Assembly: GCA_964252035.1 (NCBI GenBank)
Contig: OZ176211.1
Direction: 5' to 3' (one strand)
Length of the DNA: 64,000 nucleotides
From: Podarcis erhardii
Taxonomy: Eukaryota
The translations under genes and the position numbers were made by a program. Shown one piece after another: positions 35,246-48,445 of the stretch. The notes under the pieces were generated by a model. That model made no database searches, was not told the DNA's origin, and saw nothing but the letters and a program-made list of their open reading frames with translations. Numbering within the stretch: the first letter of the stretch is position 1; every line of letters starts with the position of its first letter.

Positions 35246-35750
35246 TGTTGTTGTTGTTTAGTCGTTTAGTCGTGTCCGACTCTTCGTGACCCCCATGGAC
35301 CAGAGCACGCCAGGCACTCCTGTCTTCCACTGCCTCCCGCAGTTTGGTCAAACTCATGCTGGTAGTTCCAGTTACAGATAGGTAGCCGTGTTGGTCTGCC
35401 ATAGTCAATAAAAAAATTCCTTCCTTCCTTCCTTCCAAAAATTCCTTCATGCTGGTAGTTTCGAGAACACTATCCAACCATCTCGTCCTCTGTCGTCCCC
35501 TTCTCCTTGTGCCCTCCATCTTTCCCAACATCAGGGTCTTTTCCAGGGAGTCTTCTCTTCTCATGAGGTGGCCAAAGTATTGGAGCCTCAGCTTCACGAT
35601 CTGTCCTTCCAGTGAGCACTCAGGGCTGATTTCCTTCAGAATGGAGAGGTTTGATCTTCTTGCAGTCCACGGGACTCTCAAGAGTCTCCTCCAACACCAT
35701 AATTCAAAGGCATCCATTCTTCGGCGATCAGCCTTCTTGATGGTCCAGCT
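35246..35750 (-). mobile_element. Bov-B (RTE) LINE 3' fragment containing a 79-bp insertion
   Basis: Peptide WTIKKADRRRMDAFELWCWRRLLRVPWTARRSNLSILKEISPECSLEGQIVKLRLQYFGH; (CAA)n tail; 8-bp TSD CAGTTTGT (35238-35245, 35751-35758). Confidence 0.95.
35368..35446. mobile_element. Short insertion resembling a Penelope-like terminus
   Basis: Perfect 14-bp TSD TCATGCTGGTAGTT (35354-35367, 35447-35460). CAGTTACAGATAGGTAGCCGTGTTGGTCTG resembles reptile Penelope-like termini from recall. The insertion is clear; the family is tentative. Confidence 0.6.
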
Positions 35751-36559
35751 CAGTTTGTACTTCCCTACAAATGGTTCTAGTCTTGCTCTCTGGAGCAGCA
35801 GATAACTAGCCTGCTCCAACTTCTGCAGTGACAGCCCTTTGGATCTTTGCAACCAAATCAGCATTCATCGTTTTTGTCAGGGATGCCAAATAAAATATTG
35901 AGGGGGCAGGTAAGCCCCACCCCACATAATCAGTTGTATGCCGAGGCTCACCCATACTATTTGAATAGCAATGCCCATCAACTTTGGGGGGTAGACCCCT
36001 CAAATATTTTATTTGAGGGGCCAAAGGGACCCCAAAGTTGGCTCCTAATGTTTCTGTGATGAATACCCCTCAACTTCAGTAGTCTTATGGGGAGGCAACA
36101 GCATTCAATAATAAATGGGCCAAAACAGCCAGTTTAACAACAGTAACGCAACTCCACGATGCAGAATAAAAGCACCAGAGTAATCAGTAAGTATGATGTA
36201 ATGAATTGCATGCAAAGCAGAGAACTCCGGATGACAGAATCAGGCGAGGCAAACCAGAGAGGTGGTTGCAGATGTATCCAGAGTGCAAATGGAGCCTGGA
36301 AGATTTAGGAAAGTTGTCAGGCACTCTCGCTTCCTTTGCCGTGGTTTTATATTTAACAAGTGATCTATATAATGTGGTGAATTAGAGGTGCATAGAAAGC
36401 CCACAGTAGACATGAAGTCTGTCGGACTTCTTTGCTTTCATTCATTGCTGAATCCATTATATTTCCACAGAGCCGAAAGGACAGGATTATACAGGGCCTC
36501 CAGACAATGTATTTCTATCAGAGCATTGCTAAATGTGCCCCAGCTGCAACAAAACATGT

Positions 36560-36682
36560 CTCTCCCATATCTGTCTGTACAGCCACAGCAGGCACTGGAA
36601 CTCTCCAGTGCTTGGACTTCACCCCTGAAGGCACATCCCTCCATTGTCTCCCGAGACAGATGGATGCCAGCAACAACAACTA
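36560..36682 (+). mobile_element. Dispersed repeat with (CAA)n tail (non-LTR 3' end, family unassigned)
   Basis: Reverse-complement homologue at ~61260-61385. Confidence 0.55.
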
Positions 36683-38344
36683 AATTTGGATGACAGAATA
36701 ATAATATGAAGATGAAGTAAGAAACAAATAATGCACTTACGTTCTTCACGTACAAACGCTTCCGGCTTTACTCAACTCCAGGAACATCTGGGCTAGTCTC
36801 CTTTTCTGAAACTCTGAAGAGCTGCTGCCGGCCAGTGTAGGAGGACACTGTTACTAGATGGACCATCTCTGTAGAAGGCAGCTTTCTATGCACCGTTCCA
36901 ACCCAATCTTTCCTTTCCTTTTTAAATTACTCTGTTAATGAAGAAGGAAGGTAAGAATAATTAGGAAGAGGCACTCCAGGCTAATTATGCAGAGCCATCA
37001 TTTATTTAATGAGGCGCAATCTTCAGTACTAGAAAGAAAGAAACTGGATCACAAGCAGTGCCAGATCAAGGAATATGGTGCAGATGCAGCCACTTCCACC
37101 TTCAGTCTTGCACAAAAAACAACACATCTTTTTACGTTCATCTGGCTGTGCCCTATTGGAGTTACCCAGCAATGCATTTGCTGCCTTTTGAATGTTTGAT
37201 TTGCTGCTGTGCTTCTGGACGATTAAATTCAAAGTAGTAAAGCTTAGATTTGGAATCTCCAGCTCCATGCTAGTTAAGGTTTGTGCGGAAATGGATTGCC
37301 AATAGTTCTTTGCAAGACAATCCTTTTATACCAGTTTGGTCTGGGTATCTTTTGTGTTCCACAAAACACAAAAGTGTCAGAGAGTTCACTTCCTCCCAGT
37401 AGTCGCCAAAATTCATCTGTATCTCACAAATCAGGCATTGTTGACAAAACCCATCCAAACTCAATAGGCAACCCCCACCCCACCCATGTTTAAACATCTG
37501 GATTGCCAGTTATTCCTGCAGCAATTGAATGCTAGAACATGCTGCTGGAGATAACAGTGATCCTTCTCGGCATGTGGCTATGAAGCCCAGAAAACCAAGT
37601 GGCCTGCAAAATCTGTACAATATTTAATGCCTTTTAGAGCACTTTCCTTCTAAGTGGTTCATTTTATCATTTGGTTGCTTTCAGCTTCTTGCCTTCCCCT
37701 TGGTGGATAAGGCATAGCTTATAGCAGCTGAGTCAGAAGCTGAATTAGAGAAGCCAAATGAGGAATATGATGCAACCATCTCTTATAGGAAAGGGAATCT
37801 TATCTCTGTCTACAGAACATTTTTGGGATGCCAAAGTTATCTATGCTGCAAAACTTGCAGCCCTGATCAATGATTCTGTGTCATCCAGACTGGATTACTG
37901 TAACTCCCTATTGTTCACCAGCCCTTGCCAGATTTTTAAATTGCTTCCAGAATTTTTCAAGGAATAGAAGGCCGCCAGCATAGTATCCCCAGTGGACAAA
38001 CACTGGCTCCTGCTGTGATCTGAGCCTTGCAAGTTACATAGCAAGCTTGTACATGCTTTAGGACACCAGGCAGCATACTGTTTGAGGACACCTTGACCGA
38101 TTCATCAATACCATCATGAAAGAAGCAAAAATGGCCACAAACACCCTCTATGATCCTGGGTGAACGTGCATTATGAAAACATTGCTGTGGTCTAAAATTC
38201 TCTTTTACCTCTGGAAGACTGTTCTTCCACTGCAGCTACTCTGTGACTGACACTGGCTTATTTCATTATCTCCATCAAGTTGTTGTTGTTGTTGTTAAGA
38301 GGTGCATCTTCAGCATTCATGGCAGTATAATGAAGAAGTTAAAC

Positions 38345-38480
38345 CAGGCTTCCTCAACCTCAGCCCTCCAGATGTTTTGAGACTACAATTCCCATCATCC
38401 CTGACCACTGGTCCTGCTAGCCAGGGATCATGGGAGTTGTAGGTCAAAAACATCTGGAGGGCTGAGGTTGAGAAAACCTG
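38345..38480. mobile_element. Palindromic hAT-like MITE
   Basis: CAGGCTTCCTCAACCTCAGCCCTCCAGATGTTTT / AAAACATCTGGAGGGCTGAGGTTGAGAAAACCTG; degenerate 8-bp TSD AGTTAAAC/AGCTAGAC. Confidence 0.8.
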
Positions 38481-41127
38481 AGCTAGACACAACTCGGTGG
38501 GGAGGGAATTCCACAACTTAAGGGTTGCCACAGGGAATGCCCATTCCTGTTATCCCACCCCCCAACTTTCTGGGGTTGGAAGAACTACCAAGTGCTGATC
38601 TTAACATCTGGTAGGGTCTGTAGGAAAGGAGGAGATCTTTCACATATTTGGGACCTAAGTCGTTTTGGGGATATTTGGGACCTAAGTCAACGAGGGCTTT
38701 AAACACTAACATGCGCACCTTGAATTGGACCTGGAAACAAACGGGCAGTCAGTGCAGCTGCTTTAGAACCGTGGCCAAGTCATCTCTGTCCAAAAAAGAG
38801 CCAGGAAAGAGCACTGCTGTGCTCAGGTGTTGCTTGTGGGTTTCCTGTAGGCATCTGGTTGGACATTGCGAGAACAGGATTCTGGGTTACATGGGCCTTT
38901 GGGCTGAGTCAGCAGCGCTCTCCTTACATTCTTAGGAACCCATGTCTTGCCTAAACAAACACATAGGGAATATTACCTTTTTTACATACTAATAATTGCA
39001 CATTTTGTATCAAAGTTCAAGTTATACAGGGAGCATATCATCCTGTCAGGGAGATTTTCTCCCAGTTATAAAACCCTCTGTTAGAATTCAGAATGCTGTT
39101 CATTCTCTGAGACACAGTTTCAGAGAGTGTGATGGTTTTTGATTATCTGTTCAGGTAAGCTCTACAGTTCCTGTGCTTTTTCTTTCTCCTTGTACTTCTG
39201 TGTATCTGCTGGGAAGTGCTTCTCATCCTGTCATTTTTCTCCTTTCCTCATTTGCAAGTGTTGAAGTAAACAAATCATGTGGTTTTTTATTTTTTTAACA
39301 AGGCCTTTTCTTTCTGTCAAAGTGTCTTGGTGCCTTCTGGAAGCTTATGTTTTTCTCAACACTCACCAGCCTGCCACTAACATTAATTTGTTTCTATACT
39401 GCCCTCCTTTTTTGGCCATTATATTGGGACATTTCATTTCAGCCCCAGTTCCAATGCAGTTGAGAGACTGCAAAGCAGAGGCAGTCATCTGTGAGTTAAA
39501 CCAGGCAATAAACAACTCCAAGTGCATAGGGAAGAGACTCCATGTTCCATACCTTCCAACTTCTGATGAAGGGCAGTTGGATGCACAAGGAATTAATAGA
39601 ACAGCAATGAGCCAGTTTGGCATATTTGACATATTCTTTGCAGGACAGTGGGGGAACTGAACCAACCCATATTGGCTAAGGCACTACAAACAGTGATTAT
39701 ATCACATGCAGTTGTCCCAATGAGCAGAAAACTGAGCACCAGCCTGCTAGAGTTCAGCATGCCAACTTGATGGACACCCAGTCCCTACTGAATGAATCTC
39801 ATTAACTGATTGACTCATATATAGGATTTTGGATTTCAGTCTATATTTGTTAATCTTTAAATTTAAATTTTGCAAAATGTTACATATGCATCCATATACT
39901 TCACTGTCCTCGTCATGCCCCTGATAAACCATTCATCAAATCAGTGCGTAGACTTGAAGAAACCCAATTCTAAGCGCATTTGCTCAGAAGTAAGGCATAT
40001 ATGCATTCAGTGAGACTTACTCTCAAACAAATAAGCGTAAGACTGCAGCCTTGGTCATCTTCATGGTGCCTCAGGACTGCAACAGCAGATTAGAGTGTTG
40101 GGTGCTCTCTTCCTGGACAGTCCATTGCAAGGATTGCTGTCAGGGCAGGATTCTGAGGCAGAGGTCCAGCAGAATGAATAGAGGGATTCCCAGTCACTGC
40201 AGGGTTGGTTTTATTTTTATTTTTTGTTTGTTTTGCAGAAGGAAGCAATGATCACCCTATTTCAATCACAAAGATGTTTCCAACTACCTCCTAACCATTA
40301 GTTCTTATCAGCCATTAAACAGCAATATACTTAACCACTTGAACAACTTGTTATCTCAAAAAGAACACCTTAACTCTCGGCCTTCCCCGTTAATTGATAT
40401 CACTTGCAAAAATTAAGAAAGAATGTAAATAAACCCTTGACTGATCTTCGTGCATGCTGACTTTCATAGAGAAGTCAGCACATCTTCCAGATGAAGATTA
40501 TACATGAAGCTCACACCTTTTGCACAGTGACAAGAGTAATTATACTCAAAATATCATGGCAGAAATGAAGTGAATGGAAGGCAAATTAATTAACTGAACC
40601 CTGGCTGAGTAGTTAAATACTGAAAATAATAAATGATCTGGAACACAAGAGAAAAATGAATGAGATTGTTGGAAACATGGATCTGCGTTCCATGATACAG
40701 GGGCATTTCAAGACCACCTTCCAAATGCTTGTTGATGTGCCTGTGTTCTACAAATAAGACCACAAGGGAAGACTCAGAGAAACAATAGAAGAATGTTTAT
40801 TGAGTTAAATTTAATTCTTAGAGAATATGCTGTACTTAATAATAAGGTCAAAACCAAGAGAATAGACAGAAGGTTCAGCAAGTGGTAGCCTCCACATTCT
40901 GTTCTCTAGCTCTCACCAGCCCCAGCCAGTATGGCCAAGTGGTCAGGGATGATGAGAATTGTAGACCCCAACAACGGCTGGAGGGCAGAGCAAGGTTGGA
41001 GAGACTTCTCCACAATACATGGCAATCCATTTCATGGCTTCCATGACTTAGAGCAAGCCCTGATCTCGGCAAGGATTGTTGACTCTGAGTTCAGTTCAAC
41101 CTCTGAGTCAGATGAATAGGTATTTTG

Positions 41128-41692
41128 TTTTTTGTTTTTTAATACATTTTTATTGAGATTTCAACAGATTTATAGTAACAGACAAAACAAAACAACATAA
41201 CAAAAAACAATAAACAATATAAAACACACAACCAAACAAAATAATTATATATGTTCAACTCTTACTCTCATATAGCTTACTTTCCTGACTTCCTCACATC
41301 TCCCTTTTCTGTATTCAAATTTCCAATTTTAATTTCAGCAAAATCTTGTTGTATTTTAACTAATTTTAACATTTTTTAATTTCTTTTAAATTAACCACTC
41401 CCACTGCTGTCCACTTATCTTCTAATCCCCCATCGCTTTGATTAATTTAACTTTGTTTCTTTACTTGTTACATAAAAACATATTTGCACATTCCTCTCAA
41501 CTTTGTCACTAATGCCTCATTGTCTCAGTATGCTGCATCACTTTAACATTCAAATAATTTACAATGTTTTTGCAGATAAACTTTAAATTTCTTCCACTCA
41601 TCTTCCGTTTGTTCTTCTCCCATGTCTCGGATTCTGCCAGTCATCTCTGCCAATTCCATATAGTCTATCAATTGCATCTGCCATTCTTCCAG
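41128..41692 (-). mobile_element. L1-clade LINE 3' end
   Basis: Peptide EEWQMQLIDYMELAEMTGRIRDMGEEQTEDEWKKFKVYLQKHC; A-rich tail; 9-bp TSD GGTATTTTG (41119-41127, 41693-41701). Confidence 0.85.
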
Positions 41693-44321
41693 GGTATTTT
41701 GAAAGAGCAGCACAAGGGGAAGCTGCACTGGCTAAAGGCTTAGACTCAAGCCTTACTTACTCAATGAAAGAAGAAGAAGCAGAATTAGAAAGCATTGTAG
41801 ATGGTATCTCATTAGCCCAGGGACAAGGAACCTATGGTTTTGCAGGTACAGTTGGACTTCGCAACTCCCATCAGTCCCAGCCAGCATGGCCATAGGTTCC
41901 CTAACCTTGCATTAAGAAAGAATAGTCATTTTCCAGGTGTTGAAACTGGTACAATAGAGCAAAATGTTCATTGTTCTACAGGCTTACCCCAACATCTGCC
42001 TGATCACATTGTTTCTGCAGGTTTTTCTAATGCTTGAAAAATAAAATTCCCTTACTGAGGTTGACCAGAGGCGCAATGAATTGCTGTGTACATCAAGAGT
42101 AACAATAGTTCTTCTCCTATGAACTTTCAACTCTGTTGAAAACTTTTTTCTGCCTCTAGCCTTTCCAGCTTGTCTAATCATAAATTGAAAAGGAATCGCT
42201 CCAGTTAAAAAAAAAATGAGACCAATAAACCATTGTTACCTGCAGTGATGCTGAGCCAGGCATCGCTTGGCAATGTATTATTCACCTGAATGCTGCAATA
42301 TTATATTTCTCCCTCATCTATTGTTGTTTGCAAAGTCACTGTAGATTTTGGAAGCAAGCCAGAAATGTTTTGCAGACTTGCTTCATCCAGAGGCATCAGA
42401 AAATTAACCAGAAGGTAGATCAATAGCTAGAATTATTTCTCATCTTTAAAAATAGATAACAGAGAGTGACGGGGGAGAAAGAGGGAGGGAAACAAAGCTT
42501 TTAAAAGCAGCAGAACTTGTATATGGCAGTTACAAAAGGGGGAACCTTCATTCATCTGTGTTATGTTACCCCTTATCCGTTATCAAAGCAAGTTTGTGCT
42601 TCAGATTCTCCTAGTAATAGAATCTCACTCTCCTGAAAGATGATGCAGTGAATGGAACTGACAGGGCCTGTCTGTTATGTGCTCTGGATGATTGCTTATA
42701 ATTGGGACTATGGCTTCTTGATGCTACATTCGTTCCCTGAAGCTTTAGTTACAAGCCTTAAGTAAAGTGTACAATCTGTTGATTTGGAAAATGGCAACAA
42801 ATGGGGGATAGGAGGTGTAACATAACATTTTGTAACATTTTCTGAGCAAGAGGGAAAACGATTGTCCAAATATTTTTATTAGGCAAGAGAAGGTCACATG
42901 TTCAGAAAGGCTGTTGAAGATTTTGGGGTGGGTTGTTGTTGTTTTCTGCCCTCTACTAGGGTCACTACCATGTGTCCTACTTTACAGTCCTCTTTTCTTG
43001 AAAAACAGTCAAAGGACAGCCGTCTGTCTGAAGGTGTCCTCTGTCCAGTCCAAGTTGGCTTTGATTTTACGGAACCATAAAAAGTTCACAGCTTCAAAAG
43101 TCAGCAGCGTATGTGTGGTATTTCTACACATAATTTTCTCAAATGTGTTAGAAATGATGAACAATTCCTTCTATGGTAGCTGATTCTAAACAGCAGCAGA
43201 ACAAATGTGGGTGTCTCCCAAGATGCTAGGTAGATATTTCATAGCCAATTTTAATGAAAATATATGGAGAGCTGCATATTTGCAAGCTTTATGTTGACTA
43301 AAGCATGGAAATGTAGAAGGAAGTCTGTGCTCGGAATTTGTGAATTCATGTGGTCTGTGTGGGTGCCTAAGGGAAGTGGATCTAACTCTCTTTCATGTCT
43401 ACAAGGCAACTTTTTCCGACACAACTATTTCATTCTCTCTGCACAGCACGATCTTCATTTAGATATGTTAGAATAGTTTTTAATTTAATTGATAACCTGG
43501 TGTTGTGTGCAGTCCTTTGCTGATTACAGGGAAACCTCCCACTTGCCTGCAATAGAGTTGGCAATATAAGCATCTAGTGCAGTTTTAATGCACGTTGGAA
43601 GTTTTTTCAGGAATAAAGCCTTAATTCCCCTTCTGTGGATGAAGTGACTGGTTCAAATGAGAGCAGCCTCTTAAAAAGGGACAATGAAGTAGAAGCAGGG
43701 TATAATTTTACTGTCCCTGTTTTTGTGCCTTAAATTCCCCCCATTGCTTCACCTTCTTGGTAGGAAAAGCTTGCCTGAATTTGTGTGTGTTGCCAGCAGC
43801 AATAAAAATTAGCAACCTTGGATAGAGAGGTGTGTGTGTGTGTGTGTGTGTGTGTGTTCCTTCCCTTCTCCTAAGCACAGTTATAATCACAGCTTGTTCT
43901 ACATTAACACCGTTTAGGGGGTGAACACATGGCTTGAGATTGGTAGCATCAGTTGCTACAGAGTGGGCTGTCACAGTGCATTACTTACTACCTCTGTTTT
44001 ATCCCTTTCAACCGAGTTGACATACTGAGAAAATGGGCTAAATGTACAGGAAGAGAGTGGCATATGGTTTCACCTCTGTCTCGCCCAACCTGCCACCCAA
44101 GTGACTGCGCTAACACAAAGCTGTTGCTGCATGCGACAGACAAACCATGGCAGACTTAAGACTGGTATCCACGTACCTGGGGCTAAACCTCATTGAACGC
44201 AGTGGGACTCCCTTCTCATAGGCATGCATATAATTTCACTGCCCCATCCGTATCATCTGCAAGCCTCTTTGAAACAGCATAGTTTGCCCTTTCTGTGCAA
44301 AAGCATTATGCCTGACACATG

Positions 44322-44610
44322 GATAGCTCAGTTGGTTACAGCGTGGTGTTGATAATGCCAAAGTTGCAGGTTTGATTCCCGTATGGGATAGCTGCATATT
44401 CCTGCATTCAGTGGCGTAGCATGGGGGGTGCAGGGGGGTCCGGCCGCACTGGGCGCAACATCTGGGGGGGGCGTGCTCGCACTAACTAATCTAGTGGAAG
44501 AGACTCGAGTGCTAAAATCCACGGGTTAGGGGGGGCGCAAATTACTTGCCTTGCCCCGGGTGCTGACAACCCACCCTACGCCACTGCCTGCATTGCAGGG
44601 GGTTAGACAA
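44322..44610 (+). mobile_element. tRNA-derived SINE (CR1-tail family) interrupted by a hAT MITE
   Basis: Head ATAGCTCAGTTGGTTACAGCGTGGTGTTGATAATGCCAAAGTTGCAGGTTTGATTCCC; resumes as CCTGCATTGCAGGGGGTTAGAC. Confidence 0.85.
44409..44586. mobile_element. hAT MITE (178 bp)
   Basis: TIR CAGTGGCGTAG / CTACGCCACTG; perfect 8-bp TSD CCTGCATT (44401-44408, 44587-44594). Confidence 0.93.
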
Positions 44611-45029
44611 GAAATTCACACTAAAACGCTGGATTTTTTTCCATGAGAATTGGTTTTTTTGGGAGGATATCACAAATTACTGCACAAATGTGGAGAACTG
44701 AATCTGTGACTGGAATAATGTGAAACCGAGAGAACCAAAACTGACACACCCTCCCATCCCTACTCCTAACACAACACACCTTGCTGCATTGTAATCAACA
44801 TCATGGAAGCCAGAAGGAAAAGTGTTTGCAAGTTTGTGGCAATAAATGCAGGGAAGGGGTTGTCCGCTGCTAAAAGTGGGGTGGTCAAAAGGGCTCTTTG
44901 GACACACACAACCTCTAGGAGATAAACCGTAAAGTAATGTTTTGGATACTGGCTCTTGTAAAATTTGATCCCAGGTATTAATGCAGCTGAAATTCTTACT
45001 TCTCCCTTTTCTTTTCTTTTTATCTACAG

Positions 45030-45111
45030 GGAACCTCAAAATTTGTATCCTCCCGAAGTTAGCAACACAAAGCTTCAATATGCAGGATGGGGACCCAAAG
45101 GCCAACAGCTG
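45030..45111 (+). CDS. DPP6: DPP6 internal coding exon (82 bp): (G)[27 protein letters not shown]
   Basis: Long pyrimidine tract plus CTACAG acceptor ending at 45029; GTAAGG donor at 45112. Phase 2/0 completes the split Gly codon. [21 protein letters not shown] fits DPP6 rather than DPP10. Confidence 0.96.
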
Positions 45112-45769
45112 GTAAGGAAGCCTTTGGCAAGTGGCTGTTTCGTTACAAATTCATTTGCACCAATGTGAACTGCAGCTGTCAAGCATGAAGTCGGGTATCT
45201 GCACACAGTACATCATGTAAAATGAGAAGCAGCACTGAGATGTGGATTAGGCCAAACCTGGCTCTGCTTCTCTAGTTGTAAAATGGAAGTCATGGAGCTG
45301 TTTGTGAAGTTTATCAAGAACGGGGTGGCAAACATACCTTTTGGGCTGCGGGAGCATTTACGTGATTAAAAACAATGCAAGCGTATAAAAATTGCTCTGC
45401 TAGATAAAATCAGAGGTCTGCCTAGTCCCAGCAGCAGCCAGCTAGATGCTTCTGGGAAGCCCAACAAATAAGGCCATGAAGGCAAGTATTCAGAGGTAGA
45501 GTGCCCCTGAAACTGAAGGTTCAGGGATAATGAAAATGACATAGCAATAGGATTACAGTAAACAGATTAAAGCACATACTATTTCTATGCATTCCAGAGT
45601 CCACAGCTGGACAATACCTTAATAAGGGGCAACCAAAATGTCAGAAAAGTGAGCAATAGTTGCTCACTATTTTGTGCCATTTGTGGTTGGTTCTAATAAA
45701 AGGAACCTGCTTCCGACTGAGGCAGACCATCCCTCCTCCTATCTCAGACTGACAGTGGCTCTCCAGGCA

Positions 45770-46018
45770 CAGGGGTCAGCAAACTTTTTCAGCAGGGGGC
45801 TGGTCTACTGTCCCTCAGACCTTGTGGGGGCTGGTCTGTATTTTTTTGGGGGGGATGAACAAATTCCTATACCCCACAAATAACCCAGAGATGCATTTTA
45901 AATTAAAGGACACATTCTACTCATGTAAAAACATGCTGATTCCCAGACCGTCTGCAGGCTCGATTTAGAAGGTGATTGGGCCGGATCCAGCCCCCGGGCC
46001 TAAGTTTTCCTACCCATG
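45770..46018. mobile_element. hAT non-autonomous element inside a minus-strand tRNA-derived SINE
   Basis: Termini CAGGGGTCAGCAAACT / AGTTTTCCTACCCATG; imperfect duplication CTCCAGGC/CGCCAGGG. The host SINE continues to ~46125. Confidence 0.75.
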
Positions 46019-46314
46019 CGCCAGGGTTTCAGGCTGGCTTCTCTCCCAGCCATACCTGGAGATGCTGGGAACTGAATTTGGGTCCTTCTGGATGTGAAGC
46101 AGATGCTCTCTCTCTGAGCTACATCCCTTCCCCAAAGTAGGTACTGCACAACTCCGAATTTCAGGGGCTTTCTTGTGGAGTAGCATGGCTTCCTCGTCTT
46201 TTTACGTGCCTTGAATAATTTCAAAACAGGCCCTCTTCCTGCAGACTAAGCAAGCAGTTTCACCACTGATAGAACTGTGGGGTGGGGAAGTCTCTGTCTT
46301 GCACAGGAGGCGGG

Positions 46315-46351
<37 letters not shown>

Positions 46352-46916
46352 AAAGGCTGATGGCTCAGTCTGATCCTTTGAGGATGCTCCGCAATGCTGC
46401 CAGTCTTGTGCATTCTGCCAGTCTTGTTTCCCCACAGCTCTTGTCGGTTTCCTTTTGCTCTTTGCGATCATTGGATTAACACCGTGTCACATGACGCAGC
46501 TGTGCATAAAATAAAGCACTCCTGCAATAACCAGAGACTGCCTTTGGGAGCTCTTGAAGGAGTTAGGAGGGAGAACATGATTTACTACTATTATTCAGTT
46601 CTTTAATTGGCTTGTTTGTTTTTGCTTTCTACGAATGGAGTGCATCTGCAGTTGAGACTGGGTGATTAAATTATGTGCATTTCTGTTTTCAGTCTTGTGC
46701 ATTAGTTGGGCACGCAGGAAGTCCTATCTGGGTCCCTCCTTCACCAGCAGTTCAGATGGAAACAACTGTACAAACTATAAGCTGCAATAAGCTCTGTGGG
46801 GAGAGTGTTCTCCTTTTATTCTGCACAGTACCTGCTTTGGGGAGGAATAAGCCTCAGTTTCCAATTTGGTGCTTAGGGCAGGCAATAGAATGATACACCA
46901 TGGATGTAGACAGCTC

Positions 46917-47163
46917 AGAGTTTGGATTTGATATCCTGCCTTTCACTCCCCTTCAGGAGTCTCAAAGCGGCTAACATTCTCCTTCCCCTTCCTCCCCCAC
47001 AACAAACGCTCCGTGAGGTGAGTGGGGCTGAGAGACTTGTAACTGAGAGAAGTGTCACTGGCCCAAGGTCACCCAGCAGCTGCATGTGGAGGAGCGGAGA
47101 CACGAACCCGGTTCCCCAGATTACGAGAATTACACCGCTCTTAACCACTACACCACACTGGCT
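46917..47163 (-). mobile_element. Squam3-like SINE
   Basis: Highly similar to 15724-15981. Confidence 0.85.
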
Positions 47164-47791
47164 CTCATCGACCAATCCTGCATGTATCCCTTTCTGTCCT
47201 TACTGACTGCTGTGAAAGCAGCAGGTGCTGCCAGTGTTTACTTAAGGCGCTGACATACAAATAGTTCGCGTTCAGTGAAAATTTTCAATCTTTCCTTGCC
47301 TGCTTTGGAAACAATGGGTGTTCTAGAAGATTCTGAGATAGTACTCATTGTCCAGGCCTTTTGAGAATGTACTCTGTAACACAGCCAATGCTCACTTGTG
47401 GCTCCATATTGCACACAAGCAAACCATCCTAGTGGTGCAGCAGTAAAACTGCTAGCATATTTGCAAAGCTAAGCAGGGTCTGGTATGGTTTCAGATTGGA
47501 TGGGGTACCACCTTTTGAGATTCCTGGAGGTTGGACTAGATAACTCTCAAGGTCTCTTCCAATGCTTCTATGATTCTGTGATCCTGCTCGCATATTGCAC
47601 CATTGGTAATTGTGAACAAGTCTACTTGAGGAAAGTTTATTCCCTGTAACTGAGCTTCTCACAGATAAATCCCTAATTTGGCATGGTAGGGATTCAATTA
47701 AGTTTGCATATAAAGGTGAACCTACCAAATTCATCTTTTTCCAAAACAATACACAAATTGAAACACAGTCATCCTTTGAAATTTGCACTTA

Positions 47792-48051
47792 CCGTATTTT
47801 TTGCTGTATAAGACGCACCAGACCACAAGACGCACCTAGTTTTTGGAGGAAGAAAACAAGGGAAAAAAATATTCTGAATCTCAGAAGCCAGAACAGCAAA
47901 AGGGATCTCTGCGCAGTGAAAGCAGCAATCCCTCTTGCTGTTCTGGCTTCTGGGATAGCTGCGCAGCCTGCATTCACTCCATAAGACACACACACATTTC
48001 CCCTTACTTTTTAGGAGGGAAAAAGTGAGTCTTATACAGCAAAAAATACGG
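47792..48051. mobile_element. Tc1/pogo-type MITE (260 bp, uninterrupted)
   Basis: TIR CCGTATTTTTTGCTGTATAAGAC at both ends, flanked by TA. Inverted relative to 18945-19551. Confidence 0.95.
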
Positions 48052-48309
48052 TATTTTGCAGTGCAGCTCTCAAGTCAAGCAATGTGGAGAAGGCGGAAGG
48101 AGAGTGTGACAACAATTGACATTCACACTTCTAAGAATTTGTGGTATATTTCTCCACCCAGGCAATGTGTAGTTTGCATAACAATGTATGTTAGAACAAA
48201 CAATATACAAAAATGTTTTATATCAAGAGGTATTCTGCTATGCAAAAACTGTGTATATTGGGCAAAATTGCATACAGACACGTGTACATTGGAGAAATTG
48301 GTTCTAAAA

Positions 48310-48445
48310 CAGGGTTTCCCAAACTTGGGTCTCCAGCAGTTTTGGAACTACAGTTCCCATCATCCTTGACCATTGATCCTGCTAGCTAGGGATGAAGGGA
48401 GTTTAGTCCAAAAAACAGCTGGAGACTTAAGTTTGGGAAACCCTG
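48310..48445. mobile_element. Palindromic hAT-like MITE
   Basis: CAGGGTTTCCCAAACTT / AAGTTTGGGAAACCCTG; interior similar to 38345-38480. Confidence 0.8.

Noticed and set aside
35184-35864. 226-aa ORF as a functional reverse transcriptase
   Set aside because: It is only the C-terminal Bov-B fragment, fused to flank and broken by a 79-bp insertion.
44322-44382. tRNA gene
   Set aside because: It is the tRNA-derived head of a SINE with degenerate stems, continuing into SINE body sequence. The same applies to 7128, 15981 and 17795.
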